Assembly (NCBI RefSeq): GCF_000195755.1
Contig: NC_002937.3
Span: 3,360,001-3,392,000, forward strand
Reading direction: 5' to 3'
Length of the DNA: 32,000 nucleotides
Source of the DNA: Nitratidesulfovibrio vulgaris str. Hildenborough
GTDB taxonomy: Bacteria; Desulfobacterota; Desulfovibrionia; Desulfovibrionales; Desulfovibrionaceae
Part shown: one piece after another, positions 1 through 10,754 of the stretch
Layout: each line of letters starts with the position of its first letter
How positions within the stretch are numbered: position 1 is the first letter of the stretch
Program-made: the position numbers and the translations under genes
The notes under the pieces: model-generated
What the model saw: only the letters and a program-made list of their open reading frames with translations
The model's database searches: none
What the model was told of the DNA's origin: nothing

Positions 1-1
1 C

Positions 2-481
2 CACCACGTCAATGCCATGATGACCAAGGCCAAGGCCTCGGGCAACTATGTCAACTCGGTGCTGGCCAAGATGGAGGCCAAGGCGGACGGCTACGACGAG
101 GCCCTGATGCTGGACGTGAGCGGCTTCGTCTCCGAAGCCACGGGCGAGAACATCTTCATGGTCCGCAACGGCGTCATCAAGACCACGCCGCTGACCTCCA
201 TCCTCGACGGCATCACCCGCAACAGCCTCATGACGCTGGCACGCGACCTCGGCTACGAAGTGGTCGAACAGCAGTTCACCCGCGACGAACTCTATGTCGC
301 CGACGAAGCGTTCTTCTGCGGTACCGCCGCCGAGGTGACGCCCATCCGCGAAGTCGACCGCCGCGTCATCGGCAAGGGAAGTGCCGGGCCTGTCACCAAG
401 CATCTCCAGCAGGAATATTTCAAGGCCGTCAAGGGCGACAACCCCAGCTACGACCACTGGCTGCACCGCTACGCGCTGTAG
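2..481 (+). CDS. ilvE: branched-chain amino acid aminotransferase, C-terminal part (5' end outside window)
   Basis: The frame is open from the window edge. The translation [55 protein letters not shown]...[16 protein letters not shown] is typical of class IV aminotransferases (IlvE). Stop codon at 479-481. Confidence 0.9.
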   Translation, partial: HHVNAMMTKAKASGNYVNSVLAKMEAKADGYDEALMLDVSGFVSEATGENIFMVRNGVIKTTPLTSILDGITRNSLMTLARDLGYEVVEQQFTRDELYVADEAFFCGTAAEVTPIREVDRRVIGKGSAGPVTKHLQQEYFKAVKGDNPSYDHWLHRYAL

Positions 482-635
482 CACTTTCGCAGTATAGACA
501 GACGACACAGAGACGCGTCCACACCCCGGCATCTGCCCGGCTACGACGCGCGGCACGTCCATAACGAAGACACCATTTGACGCGAGAGGGGCGGGGCCGC
601 ACGGTCACGCCCCTTCCGAAAGAAGCATCGACGGC

Positions 636-2486
636 ATGAGCCACGCCTCGCTGACAGCCAGATACCGCCCGCAGACCTTCGCCGAGGTCGCGGGGCAGGA
701 GACGGTAAAGGCCATCCTCTCGCGCGCAGCACAGGAGAACCGGGTCGCTCCCGCCTACCTGTTCAGCGGCACGCGCGGGGTGGGCAAGACCACCATCGCC
801 CGCATCTTCGCCAAGGCCCTCAACTGTACCACCGCCCCCACCGGCGAACCCTGCAACACCTGTGAGCAATGCCGCAAGGTCACGCAGGGGATGCACGTGG
901 ACGTGGTGGAGATAGACGGGGCCTCGAACCGAGGCATCGACGACGCCAAACGCCTCAAGGAGGCCATCGGCTACGCCCCGATGGAAGGCCGCTACAAGGT
1001 CTTCATCATCGACGAGGCGCACATGCTCACGCGCGAAGCCTTCAACGCCCTGCTGAAGACGCTGGAGGAACCCCCGGCCCGCGTGACCTTCGTGCTGGCG
1101 ACCACCGAACCGCACAAGTTTCCGGTCACCATCGTCAGCCGCTGCCAGCACTTCACCTTCACCCGCCTTTCCGAAGCCGGGCTTGAAGCGCACCTCACCA
1201 AGGTGCTCGGTCGCGAGGGCGTCGACTACGACCCGGCTGCCGTGCGTCTCATCGCACGACGGGCGGCAGGCAGCGTGCGCGACTCCATGTCGTTGCTCGG
1301 GCAGGTGCTCGCACTGGGCGAAAGCCGCCTCACCATCGACGGTGCGCGTGGCGTGCTGGGGCTGGCGGGGCAGGAACTGTTCCTGCGGCTCATGGAGGCA
1401 CTGGCTGCACAAGACTGCCTTGGCGTGGCGAACGTCGTCCGTGAGCTGCTCGACAGAGGCGTGGACATGGGCTTCTTCCTGCGCGAACTCGTGGCCACAT
1501 GGCGCAACCTCTTCATGTTGCGGCAGGCGGGCGAAGCGGCCCTCGCATCCCTCGACCTGCCAGAGGACGAAGCCCGGCAATGGCTCGGATGGGCCAAACG
1601 GTTCGAACCCGCGCACATCCATGCCTGCTGGCAGATGACCCTCGAAGGACAGCGTCGGGTGCTGACCAGCCTCGAACCGGCCATGGCGCTTGAGCTGCTG
1701 CTGCTCAATCTCGCCATGCTGCCCCGCCTCATGCCCGTGGAGAGTCTGCGTCCTTCGGGTGGAGGCGCATCCGCCCCTTCGGGTTCCGCTGCCGAAGGCC
1801 CAGCCTCGGGTGGTGCTGCAACCATCCCCACACCGGGCACACAGGGGATGCAAGGCACAGCCCCCGCTGCCGGGATGACACCTTCGCCAGCAGCACCCGC
1901 CACACCGGCGCCCTCCGCAGCGCCTTCACCACGAGTGCCGTGGGACGATGCAGCCCCCGCGCCACGCCAGACGGGCATCCCGCCACGGCCCGCACCGCGG
2001 ATGCCGGAAGCCTCGCCTACTGCGGGCAGCCCGGCGGCACCAGCACAGGGTGACGACTCCGACACGGCAGAGCACACGCCGTCCGGCCCGAGGACATGGG
2101 ACGGATTCCTCGAGTTCTGCCAAGGGCGGAACGGGCAGGGCGGCAGACTCGCAACCGTCCTGCGGCAGACCACCCCCGAACACGATGACGGCATCCTGCG
2201 TCTTGCCACCATGTCGTCAGTCCAGTATGAGCGCCTTACGGACGCAGCGACACGGACGACGCTCGCCGGACTGGTGCGCGACTATTTCGGGGATGCGTGC
2301 CGCGTAGAGGTGAACCCGCCCACGCGAGTGCGCCGCACTGAAGCCGAACTGCGTAAAGAGGCGGAGGCCCACCCCGCCGTACAACTACTCAAGGAAGAGA
2401 TGGGCGCGTGCATCCTCAAGTGTACACCGCTTGCAGACCTGCGCCGCCCTGAAGACACCACCGAGCAAGGAGACAACAAGCCATGA
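636..2486 (+). CDS. dnaX: DNA polymerase III subunit tau (gamma/tau family)
   Basis: ATG at 636. The N-terminus YRPQTFAEVAGQE, Walker A GTRGVGKTT, zinc module CNTCEQC, DEAH box IIDEAHML and SRCQ sensor motif are present. A long Pro/Ala-rich linker precedes the C-terminal domain. The dnaX-ybaB-recR order is conserved. Confidence 0.95.
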   Translation: MSHASLTARYRPQTFAEVAGQETVKAILSRAAQENRVAPAYLFSGTRGVGKTTIARIFAKALNCTTAPTGEPCNTCEQCRKVTQGMHVDVVEIDGASNRGIDDAKRLKEAIGYAPMEGRYKVFIIDEAHMLTREAFNALLKTLEEPPARVTFVLATTEPHKFPVTIVSRCQHFTFTRLSEAGLEAHLTKVLGREGVDYDPAAVRLIARRAAGSVRDSMSLLGQVLALGESRLTIDGARGVLGLAGQELFLRLMEALAAQDCLGVANVVRELLDRGVDMGFFLRELVATWRNLFMLRQAGEAALASLDLPEDEARQWLGWAKRFEPAHIHACWQMTLEGQRRVLTSLEPAMALELLLLNLAMLPRLMPVESLRPSGGGASAPSGSAAEGPASGGAATIPTPGTQGMQGTAPAAGMTPSPAAPATPAPSAAPSPRVPWDDAAPAPRQTGIPPRPAPRMPEASPTAGSPAAPAQGDDSDTAEHTPSGPRTWDGFLEFCQGRNGQGGRLATVLRQTTPEHDDGILRLATMSSVQYERLTDAATRTTLAGLVRDYFGDACRVEVNPPTRVRRTEAELRKEAEAHPAVQLLKEEMGACILKCTPLADLRRPEDTTEQGDNKP

Positions 2487-2794
2487 GAGGCATGAACGAC
2501 CTTCTTCGTCAGGCCAACCTGATGCAGTCCAAACTCGCCAAACTCCAGTCGGAGATGGCGGACAAGTCCTTCGAAGCATCCAGCGGCGGCGGCATGGTCA
2601 AGGTTTCCGTGACGGGCCGTCAGGAACTGAAATCCATCACCATCGACCCCAAGGCCCTCGAAGGCGGCGATGTGGAGATGCTGCAAGACCTCATCCTCAC
2701 CGCGGTCAACGAAGGCGTCCGCGTCTCGCGTGCCACCATGGAACGTGAGATGAACGCCCTCACCGGCGGCCTGCGCCTCCCCGGCATCATCTAG
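2483..2794 (+). CDS. ybaB: YbaB/EbfC family nucleoid-associated protein
   Basis: ATGA overlap with the dnaX stop. The 103-aa protein has LLRQANLMQSKLAKLQSEM...GGGMVKVSVTGRQELKSITIDPK, characteristic of YbaB. It sits in the conserved position between dnaX and recR. An alternative start at 2492 is possible. Confidence 0.9.
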   Translation: MRGMNDLLRQANLMQSKLAKLQSEMADKSFEASSGGGMVKVSVTGRQELKSITIDPKALEGGDVEMLQDLILTAVNEGVRVSRATMEREMNALTGGLRLPGII

Positions 2795-2804
2795 CGGAGT
2801 CACT

Positions 2805-3410
2805 GTGCAGCGTCTTCCAGAACCCTTGAAGGCCCTCGTGGACCAGCTGGCGAAACTGCCGGGACTGGGCCCCAAGTCGGCCCTGCGCCTTGCCATGACG
2901 CTGCTCAAATGGCCCGCCAGCGAGACGCGACGTCTCGGGCGGGGCATCCACGACCTGCGCGACAACCTGCACCTGTGCAGGCGTTGCGGTGCGCTCACCG
3001 ACTGCGACCCCTGCGCCCTGTGCACCGATGCCACCCGCACACAGGACATGCTGTGTCTCGTCTCCGAATGGGACAGCATGCTCACGCTGGAAGAGGGCGG
3101 CTTCTACAGGGGGCAGTACCTCATTCTCGGCGGCCTGCTGGCACCGCTGGACAATGTGAACGCCGACTCGCTGGAACTGGAAAGGCTCACCCGTCGCCTC
3201 GCTGAAGGGCAGGTGCGCGAGGTGGTGCTGGCGCTGGGAACCACCGTGGAGGCCGAGAACACCGCCACCTTCATCCGGGCAATGGTCGAACGCCAGTACC
3301 CCGGCGTCCGTGTGACCAGACTCGCGCAGGGCATCCCCCTCGGGGCCGAGGTCAAGTTCATGGACCGTGAGACCCTGCGCCAGTCCATGCAGTACCGGCA
3401 GGAACTGTGA
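2805..3410 (+). CDS. recR: recombination protein RecR
   Basis: GTG start at 2805. The HhH motif LPGLGPKSALRLAM, Cys4 zinc finger CRRCGALTDCDPCALC, Toprim region and C-terminal GIPLGAEVKFMD are present. Confidence 0.95.
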   Translation: MQRLPEPLKALVDQLAKLPGLGPKSALRLAMTLLKWPASETRRLGRGIHDLRDNLHLCRRCGALTDCDPCALCTDATRTQDMLCLVSEWDSMLTLEEGGFYRGQYLILGGLLAPLDNVNADSLELERLTRRLAEGQVREVVLALGTTVEAENTATFIRAMVERQYPGVRVTRLAQGIPLGAEVKFMDRETLRQSMQYRQEL

Positions 3411-3654
3411 CCGGACCTGCCCGGCAAGGGACACAGGCGACACGCCGCGGCGGCCAACGATACCCGCAGGACACGACCAGCGGGCACGACCAGCGGGCAC
3501 GACCGGCCGCGAATGCTGCCACGGAATGCCGTTCATGAAGGCTGCCTGCGGAAATGACCCGGCAACCTGACCGTCGACAAGGCGAATGCCGGGGACTGCC
3601 GGGCGACTGCCAGACAGCGGGCGGCCAGCGGGCGGACTGAAATCGGAACGACGG

Positions 3655-3684
3655 GCGGCGGCGGGGAGACCCGCCGCCGCTTTT
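3655..3684 (+). terminator. rho-independent terminator after the dnaX-ybaB-recR unit
   Basis: Perfect 11-bp GC stem gcggcggcggg (3655-3665) / cccgccgccgc (3670-3680), loop gaga, followed by tttt (3681-3684). Confidence 0.7.
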
Positions 3685-3705
3685 CGGTGCCGCCCCGGCG
3701 AGTGC

Positions 3706-3722
3706 GCATCGCATAGCGATGC
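3706..3722. promoter_or_regulatory. 17-bp palindrome, candidate operator upstream of the glycosyltransferase-like gene
   Basis: gcatcgc-ata-gcgatgc forms perfect 7-bp arms about 90 bp upstream of the ATG at 3813. Confidence 0.25.
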
Positions 3723-3812
3723 AACCGCCTGCGGCGCCCCATAGCCCGCATTGCCGAAACCGCAGCCTCACGCCCTCTCGCCTCAAACGGCAAAGTAGGC
3801 TAACGTCGCGTC

Positions 3813-4874
3813 ATGCGAACGCGCATCTTCATCCCTCCGCTGCCCCGCATGTCCGGCGGCCTTGCCGTACTCTACCGCATGGCCTCACACCTGCATCAGG
3901 CCGGACACGACGTGGCCCTCGTCCCGCGCGACACGGCACCGTGCCTCGACGAAGCGGCGCGTGAACTCCCGGTTGTATCGTGGGAGTCCATCGACCTGTC
4001 CGGCGACGACCTCTGGCTGGTCCCGGAGGGCTGGGTCAACGCCCTCGCCCCCGGACTGAAGGCCGGTGCGCGTAACGTGGTCTACGTGCAGAATTGGGCG
4101 TACCTGCTTTCCGCGCTTCCGTCAGGCGTGCAGTGGCCGCAGCTTGACGTGTCGTTCATGGCGGTCTCCGACCCCGTGGCATGGTTCACACGAGAGACCA
4201 CCGGGCACGAGGCGGTCGTCTTGCGTCCGGGCATCGACACGGCCCTGTTCCATCCGGCACGCCCCGACGATACCGATGTCTGCCCGCCCCGTGACCGGAT
4301 TCGCGTGTGCTGGATGCCCCGCAAGAACAAGGCGCTGGCCATCCAGATACGTGCCATCCTCGAAGCGCGCCTCTCCCTTGCCCCGCCCTGCGGGAGTGCG
4401 GGCCCTCTCCCCGTGGAGTGGGTCGAAATCCACGGGCTGCGGCAACCCGAGGTGGCAGCGGCACTGCGTTCGGCGCACATCTTCCTTGCCACCGGCTTTC
4501 CCGAAGGTTGCCCGCTTCCCCCGCTCGAGGCCATGGCTTCAGGAGCGCTTGTCGTCGGCTTCGCGGGCATGGGTGGATGGGACTACATGCGGCAGGCCAT
4601 GCCGGGCGGCTATCTGCCGTGGTATCTCCTGCGCGAGGTGCCTTGGGGTGGCAACGGGCTGTTCGCCGCCGACGCCGACGTGACCGGCGCCGCCTTCGCC
4701 CTCGAACATGCGATACGCATGATAGCCGCCGCCGACCCGCGGGTGGATGCGCTGCGCAAGGCTGGACTGCACACCGCCGCGGCCTACGACCTCGCCGCCC
4801 AGCGTGATGCGCTGCTGACGCTGTGGGCACGCGCCGCCGAAGGCGACCTGTTCCCTGCCGCACGTAGGCCCTAG
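3813..4874 (+). CDS. GT-B fold (GT4-like) glycosyltransferase family protein
   Basis: 353 aa. The N-terminus IFIPPLPRMSGGLAVLYRMASHLHQAGHDVALV resembles a GT4 N-domain. The C-terminal FLATGFPEGCPLPPLEAMASGALVVG resembles the E-x7-E region of retaining GT-B enzymes. Third-position GC codon bias matches neighbouring genes. Confidence 0.6.
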   Translation: MRTRIFIPPLPRMSGGLAVLYRMASHLHQAGHDVALVPRDTAPCLDEAARELPVVSWESIDLSGDDLWLVPEGWVNALAPGLKAGARNVVYVQNWAYLLSALPSGVQWPQLDVSFMAVSDPVAWFTRETTGHEAVVLRPGIDTALFHPARPDDTDVCPPRDRIRVCWMPRKNKALAIQIRAILEARLSLAPPCGSAGPLPVEWVEIHGLRQPEVAAALRSAHIFLATGFPEGCPLPPLEAMASGALVVGFAGMGGWDYMRQAMPGGYLPWYLLREVPWGGNGLFAADADVTGAAFALEHAIRMIAAADPRVDALRKAGLHTAAAYDLAAQRDALLTLWARAAEGDLFPAARRP

Positions 4875-5111
4875 GCCCAGCGCAAGGCCAAGGCCGTCTG
4901 CACGTCCCACCCCGAACCTTCCAGACCCATCGCAAACCGCATGCCGCCCGCAAGGCGTAGCCCGTCCGCCGCGACAGCCTCCCGTGCACGGCACACTTGC
5001 AATCCCCGGCGACGGGCCTATCTTCTCCCCGCGACGGAAGGCCCGTCATGCCAACATTCAAGCCTGAAATCCCGCTGCCCCGGCACGGGTGATGTCCGGA
5101 GTCATCGCACC

Positions 5112-5948
5112 ATGTCCAAGAAGAAACCTGAACGCCCCGCGCCGGAAAGCCTCGGCCTTCCGTGCTGCGGTGTCGAATCGCACGCCCATCTCGACCTCGA
5201 CGCCTTTGCGGAAGACCTCGGCGACGTGCTGCAACGCGCGCAACAGGCTGGCATTGCACGCATGGGCAATGTCTTTCTCGGCCCGCAGGCGTACGCACGC
5301 AACCGTCACCTGTTCGACAGCCATCCTTCCGTCTTCTTCCTGCTGGGCATCCACCCCTGCGAAGGGCACACCTGCGACGAGGCGGCCCTCGATGCCATGC
5401 GGAAGGCTTTCGCCAGCGACCCGCGGCTGCGCGCCGTGGGAGAGATAGGACTCGACTTCTACTGGGACGACTGCCCCCCCGACGTGCAACGCGCCGCCTT
5501 CAGGGCACAACTCGCCCTCGCACGCGAGGTCTCGCGGCCTGTAGTCATCCATGCGCGCGACGCGGCTGAAGAGACCATCGCCATCCTCGAAGGTGATGGT
5601 TTCCGGGGATATCCCGTACTGTGGCACTGCTTCGGGGGTGACGCCCCCCTCGCTGAACGCATCGTGGACAACGGCTGGCATATCTCCATTCCCGGCCCTG
5701 TCACCTACCCTGCCAATACGGCGCTGCGCGAGGCGGTGCACGTCATCCCCGTCGACCGCCTCATGCTGGAGACGGACTGCCCCTACCTCACGCCCGTACC
5801 CTACAGGGGCAAGCGCAACGAACCGGCCTACGTGGTGTTCACGGCGCAGTGCGTGGCAAAGGAACGGGGTATGGACACGGCAGACCTGTGGACGACGGCA
5901 GGCGACAACGCGCGGCGCTTCTTCGGGCTGGACGACGGGCAGGCGTGA
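5112..5948 (+). CDS. tatD: TatD family metal-dependent hydrolase (DNase)
   Basis: The ESHAHLDLD metal motif lies near the N-terminus. GEIGLDFYW, VVIHARDA, ISIPGPVTY and ETDCPYLTPVPYRGKRNEP are present. I prefer the ATG at 5112 (MSKKKPE) over the ORF-track start at 4941, whose extension is Arg/Pro-rich junk. Confidence 0.9.
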   Translation: MSKKKPERPAPESLGLPCCGVESHAHLDLDAFAEDLGDVLQRAQQAGIARMGNVFLGPQAYARNRHLFDSHPSVFFLLGIHPCEGHTCDEAALDAMRKAFASDPRLRAVGEIGLDFYWDDCPPDVQRAAFRAQLALAREVSRPVVIHARDAAEETIAILEGDGFRGYPVLWHCFGGDAPLAERIVDNGWHISIPGPVTYPANTALREAVHVIPVDRLMLETDCPYLTPVPYRGKRNEPAYVVFTAQCVAKERGMDTADLWTTAGDNARRFFGLDDGQA

Positions 5949-6209
5949 CGCAGAGGCGAGCTGACGTCACCCTGAACGACGACGCATACCCGGCACACCC
6001 TCGCATCATCCTGCGCACTACATTCATCTGTGATGCGGTGATGTCCGGCATACGCGGCACCGCCGAGACAGGTAGCGGCTGATGCAGACAGGCGTCGGCT
6101 GTCAGACGACCGAGGTTGAAGCACGTAGACAATGTCCCATGACCGGGCACACCGTGCATCGGCTGTAGACGGGATGAAGAGACGGTGGGCAGGATGAAGA
6201 GACGACAAA

Positions 6210-6237
6210 GGGCGCGGTGGAGACATCGCACCCTTTT
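6210..6237. terminator. possible bidirectional terminator between convergent tatD and holB
   Basis: Stem gggcgcg (6210-6216) / cgcaccc (6227-6233) has one mismatch. It is flanked by tttt on the + strand (6234-6237) and caaa on the 5' side, which reads as a T-run on the - strand. Confidence 0.4.
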
Positions 6238-6262
6238 CTTGTGACCTTCAGGACAGGAGGCT

Positions 6263-7225
6263 TCAGCGCGCAGCCGCCGGAGACTTGCGTCGCGAACGTG
6301 CCAACCCGAAGAGGTGCGCCGCCAGCCAGTCGAGAACCATGGGAGGGGTCACAGGACTTGGCCGCAATGCGAGACTTTCGCTACAGTGGGCCAGCAGGGC
6401 ATCGACCTGCGCCATGCCCTCCGGCCCCAGACGGCTGAAGAACGCCGTCAGCGGATGCGTCGCCATGGGCGAGGGCGCATGCCCGCCGTCACCGGCATCC
6501 GCCTCGCCGGACAGGGCGGCAAGGAGGGCACGTTCACAGGCAAGAACCACCGCCGTGGCAAGGTCGGCGTCCACGGCCCCCCGTACGCCCGTCTTCTCGA
6601 ACCAGCCCCGCCCCGAACCACAGAAGGCGGCCAGCGCATCCAGCCACGGGGTCACGGCTTCGGCAGGCGCATCCATGGGACGCGGCCACGGCAGGGTCAG
6701 CACCCAGCCGCGAGAGACGAGGGTGGGCAGAAGGCGTTCACGCTGTGGGGCCAGCAGGAGGAATGACGTGCCGGGGCGCGGTTCCTCCAGCGATTTGAGC
6801 AATGCGTTGGCAGCGGCCTCGCCCAGCGACTGCGCCTCGGCGAAGACGATGACGCGATACCCGTCGCCACGGGGTGGTTCACCGAGGATGGAACGCACCT
6901 CGCGCACCGAGTCGATGCTGATGTTGCCCTCGCGCCCGTCGAAGAGAAAGACGTCGCGGTGCATTCCGCCCGTCACCTGCACACAGGCGGGACAGGCGAG
7001 GCAGGGGGAAGAGGCTTCGCGGCAATTGAGACGGGCTGCCCACCACAGGGCCACGGCATAGCGCTCGTCGGCCGTCGCCCCTTCGAGCAGCAGCACTTGC
7101 GGGGGCGAACCGGCAAGGGCCTCCAGCCGGGCGCGCACGCCATCGAAGCGTGCGGCAAGGGCCGGGGAGAGGGCTTTCACCCCCTCCCCGGCCCCGGGAA
7201 GCGTAGCGTCGACGTCGCGCGCCAT
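6263..7225 (-). CDS. holB: DNA polymerase III subunit delta-prime
   Basis: 320 aa with LLLEGATADERYAVALWWAARLNC, zinc module CLACPACVQV, IVFAEAQSLGEAAANALLKSLEEP and LLPTLVSR. The ATG at 7225 lies only 6 nt after the purA stop, so co-transcription is likely. Confidence 0.85.
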   Translation of the reverse strand: MARDVDATLPGAGEGVKALSPALAARFDGVRARLEALAGSPPQVLLLEGATADERYAVALWWAARLNCREASSPCLACPACVQVTGGMHRDVFLFDGREGNISIDSVREVRSILGEPPRGDGYRVIVFAEAQSLGEAAANALLKSLEEPRPGTSFLLLAPQRERLLPTLVSRGWVLTLPWPRPMDAPAEAVTPWLDALAAFCGSGRGWFEKTGVRGAVDADLATAVVLACERALLAALSGEADAGDGGHAPSPMATHPLTAFFSRLGPEGMAQVDALLAHCSESLALRPSPVTPPMVLDWLAAHLFGLARSRRKSPAAAR

Positions 7226-7231
7226 GACAGC

Positions 7232-8617
<1,386 letters not shown>

Positions 8618-8754
8618 TTATTCACTTCCAAACAAGCGATCAACGCACCCCACAGACCCGGCGGCATCCCGCCGTCGCCGACCAACAGGCGACGGGACAG
8701 GGCGGCCCGCCACAGCGCTGATGCCCCGCTGCACGGCTACCGGGTCCCAGAGAT

Positions 8755-10200
8755 ATGACACACTCGAACCTTCACCGGAAAAGGTGGCAGTTCTTCGGGC
8801 TGCTTTTCGCCAAGGCACTTCTTCTCACCCTCGCCCTCGCCCCCGCCTCCTCAAAAGCCTCTCTTCCGCACCACCACGACAACGATGTCCTGCGCGTGGC
8901 CGCCCCGGCACGCGAGCGCGTCTTCGCGCGCCTCTCCCCCTATGGCGAAGGCTTCGAACCCGACCTCGTGGAACGCTTCGCACGCACCTACGGCTACCGC
9001 ATCGAATGGCTTTCTGCCGCCGACAGGGCAGAGGCGCTGGACATGCTGCGGCGCAACAGGGCCGACCTCGCCGTGGGCTTCACCGAGGCACCCTGTGCCG
9101 ACGACGCCATCGCCAGCGGCCCCTCCTACGCCCACGAACGCCCGGTGGAAGTCCGCGCCCGCCATGCCGACGGCCGCGAACCCGAGGTGTTGCGCGACGA
9201 ATACGAAGCGCCCGTCATGCAGACGGCCGCCTTCACGCCCGATGCGGAAGGCCTGCACGCTACGGGCGCACCTGCGCGCACGGCAACCATGCCGGACAGG
9301 CAAGAGGGCGCAGCACTCCCTGCGACGGCCCACGAAACGCCGACGATCATCGACGGCGCATCATGGGCGCTCTGGCAACCCTTCGTCCACACCGAAAGCC
9401 GCGCCGCCACGCTGGAATCGCCCCTCACCTACCGCTGGCACTGGCGTGCAGGCGCACCGCGCCTCGACGCCAACCTGCGCGGCTTCTGGCAGGCGCGCCA
9501 GCACCCCGTGGACACCATGCTCGACGACCTCACCGAGCAGTATTTCGGCTTCCTGCCGGAGACGCTCGACCCTTACGACCTGAAGGAACTCTCCGACACG
9601 GTGGAAGACCGCGTGCCCCGCTACGGGCGCACCATCGCCAAGGCGGCCTCGAAGGCGGGGCTCGACCCGCTGCTGCTCACCGCGGTCATCTTCCAGGAAT
9701 CGCGCTTCAATCCCAACGCCCGCAGCCACACGGGGGTGCGCGGCATCATGCAACTCACGCAGGAGACGGCCATCGACCTCAAGGTCAACCGCATGGACCC
9801 CGACCAGTCCATCCGGGGCGGCGCACGCTATCTGCGCATGATATGGGACAGTCTCGAAGAGTTGAACCTCGACCCGTGGGACCGCTGGTTCTTCACCCTT
9901 GCAGGCTTCAATCAGGGGCCGGGGCATCTGCGCGACGCCATCCGCCTTTCGCAGGAACTCGGCGGGTCGGGGCGCACATGGCGCGAACTCAAGGAAGTGT
10001 TCCCCAAGCTGGCCCGCGCGAAATACTACACGCGGGCGCGCTACGGGTACTGTAGAGGCTATGAGGCCGTGGATTTCGTGGAGAGTGTGCGCTGGTACTA
10101 CTATGTGCTCTCGGGGCTAGTCGTCCTCGACAGGCCCGAAGCGAAGCACCTTGCCCCGCTTCTTGCCGTCCGCGGGACGCCCGTCGCGCCCTTCATCTAG
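8755..10200 (+). CDS. MltF-like membrane-bound lytic murein transglycosylase (SBP-like domain + SLT domain)
   Basis: A signal-peptide-like N-terminus (WQFFGLLFAKALLLTLALAPASS) is followed by a solute-binding-like segment. The SLT catalytic motif is VIFQESRFNPNARSHTGVRGIMQLTQETA, with a conserved YNQGPG-like FNQGPGH. Confidence 0.8.
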   Translation: MTHSNLHRKRWQFFGLLFAKALLLTLALAPASSKASLPHHHDNDVLRVAAPARERVFARLSPYGEGFEPDLVERFARTYGYRIEWLSAADRAEALDMLRRNRADLAVGFTEAPCADDAIASGPSYAHERPVEVRARHADGREPEVLRDEYEAPVMQTAAFTPDAEGLHATGAPARTATMPDRQEGAALPATAHETPTIIDGASWALWQPFVHTESRAATLESPLTYRWHWRAGAPRLDANLRGFWQARQHPVDTMLDDLTEQYFGFLPETLDPYDLKELSDTVEDRVPRYGRTIAKAASKAGLDPLLLTAVIFQESRFNPNARSHTGVRGIMQLTQETAIDLKVNRMDPDQSIRGGARYLRMIWDSLEELNLDPWDRWFFTLAGFNQGPGHLRDAIRLSQELGGSGRTWRELKEVFPKLARAKYYTRARYGYCRGYEAVDFVESVRWYYYVLSGLVVLDRPEAKHLAPLLAVRGTPVAPFI

Positions 10201-10482
10201 GGGCGACGCCCCGGAGGCAGGACGACGCTCGAGGTCGAAGTCCACACGCGGGGGGGCGGCATCAACGCCCTGCGAACGCACACGCGACGCCCACTGGTGG
10301 TTGAAGAGCTGGTTCTTCCAGCGCTTGGCCTGAATGAGCGAAAGGACGAGGGCGGCCTCTTCCCAACGGCGGGAGGGCTCGAAACGGTCGACGATGGCGG
10401 CGTAGCGCTCCCACAGCGCCATGAGCGACGCCTCATCGAATGCGTCAAGCTGGCGTGCGAGTTTCAGCAGTTGCTGCTCCAT
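10117..10482 (-). CDS. hypothetical protein (about 121 aa, helical N-terminal half, charged tail)
   Basis: ATG at 10482 (MEQQLLKLARQLD...). Third-position GC bias looks like real coding sequence. I recognise no family. The 3' end overlaps the mltF-like 3' end by 84 bp in a convergent arrangement. Confidence 0.55.
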   Translation of the reverse strand: MEQQLLKLARQLDAFDEASLMALWERYAAIVDRFEPSRRWEEAALVLSLIQAKRWKNQLFNHQWASRVRSQGVDAAPPRVDFDLERRPASGASPLDEGRDGRPADGKKRGKVLRFGPVEDD

Positions 10483-10754
10483 AGGGTTTGACGAACCTCC
10501 TTGTGCGGGGCGCAGGGCCCGGCGGCGCAAGGCTACGTCAATCCGCGCGGGCGTTCAAATGGAAATTGCCCGTCGTCGGGCACTGTGCTACCTTGTCCGC
10601 CTTCCGCGAGCGCGGCGCGCGCCCCTGCCGGGGTGTCGTGCGGTCGTCGTTCCGCCGGGGCGTCATGCCGGGTCTGGCCCGCACATGGGCCCGCCACGGC
10701 GGCATCCCGCGCAGTGCATCCAGCAGCCAGCCCAAATCCATACCGGAGCCAACC

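Noticed and set aside
482-635. Possible SRP RNA (ffs) gene, which often sits just upstream of dnaX-ybaB-recR.
   Set aside because: The conserved domain IV core (GGAAGGAAGCAGCC-like) is absent on both strands. Only a 6-7 bp hairpin (ggggcg/cgcccc) is present.
636-2486. Programmed frameshift or transcriptional slippage site for a gamma subunit in dnaX.
   Set aside because: I saw no A-rich slippery heptamer (A AAA AAG type) or long A-run inside the gene.
4941-5111. N-terminal 57-aa extension of tatD offered by the ORF track.
   Set aside because: The extension is Arg/Pro/Ser-rich and non-homologous. The ATG at 5112 places the HxH metal motif at the usual distance from the N-terminus.
10483-10754. 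ZTP (pfl) or other purine-responsive riboswitch, or a PurR box, upstream of purH.
   Set aside because: There is no CCGCCTGGGC pseudoknot element and no GGGTCGTGAC-like 5' subdomain. Only a vague resemblance (ggggtgtcgtgcggtcg) is present. There is no ACGCAAACGTTTGCGT-type palindrome.
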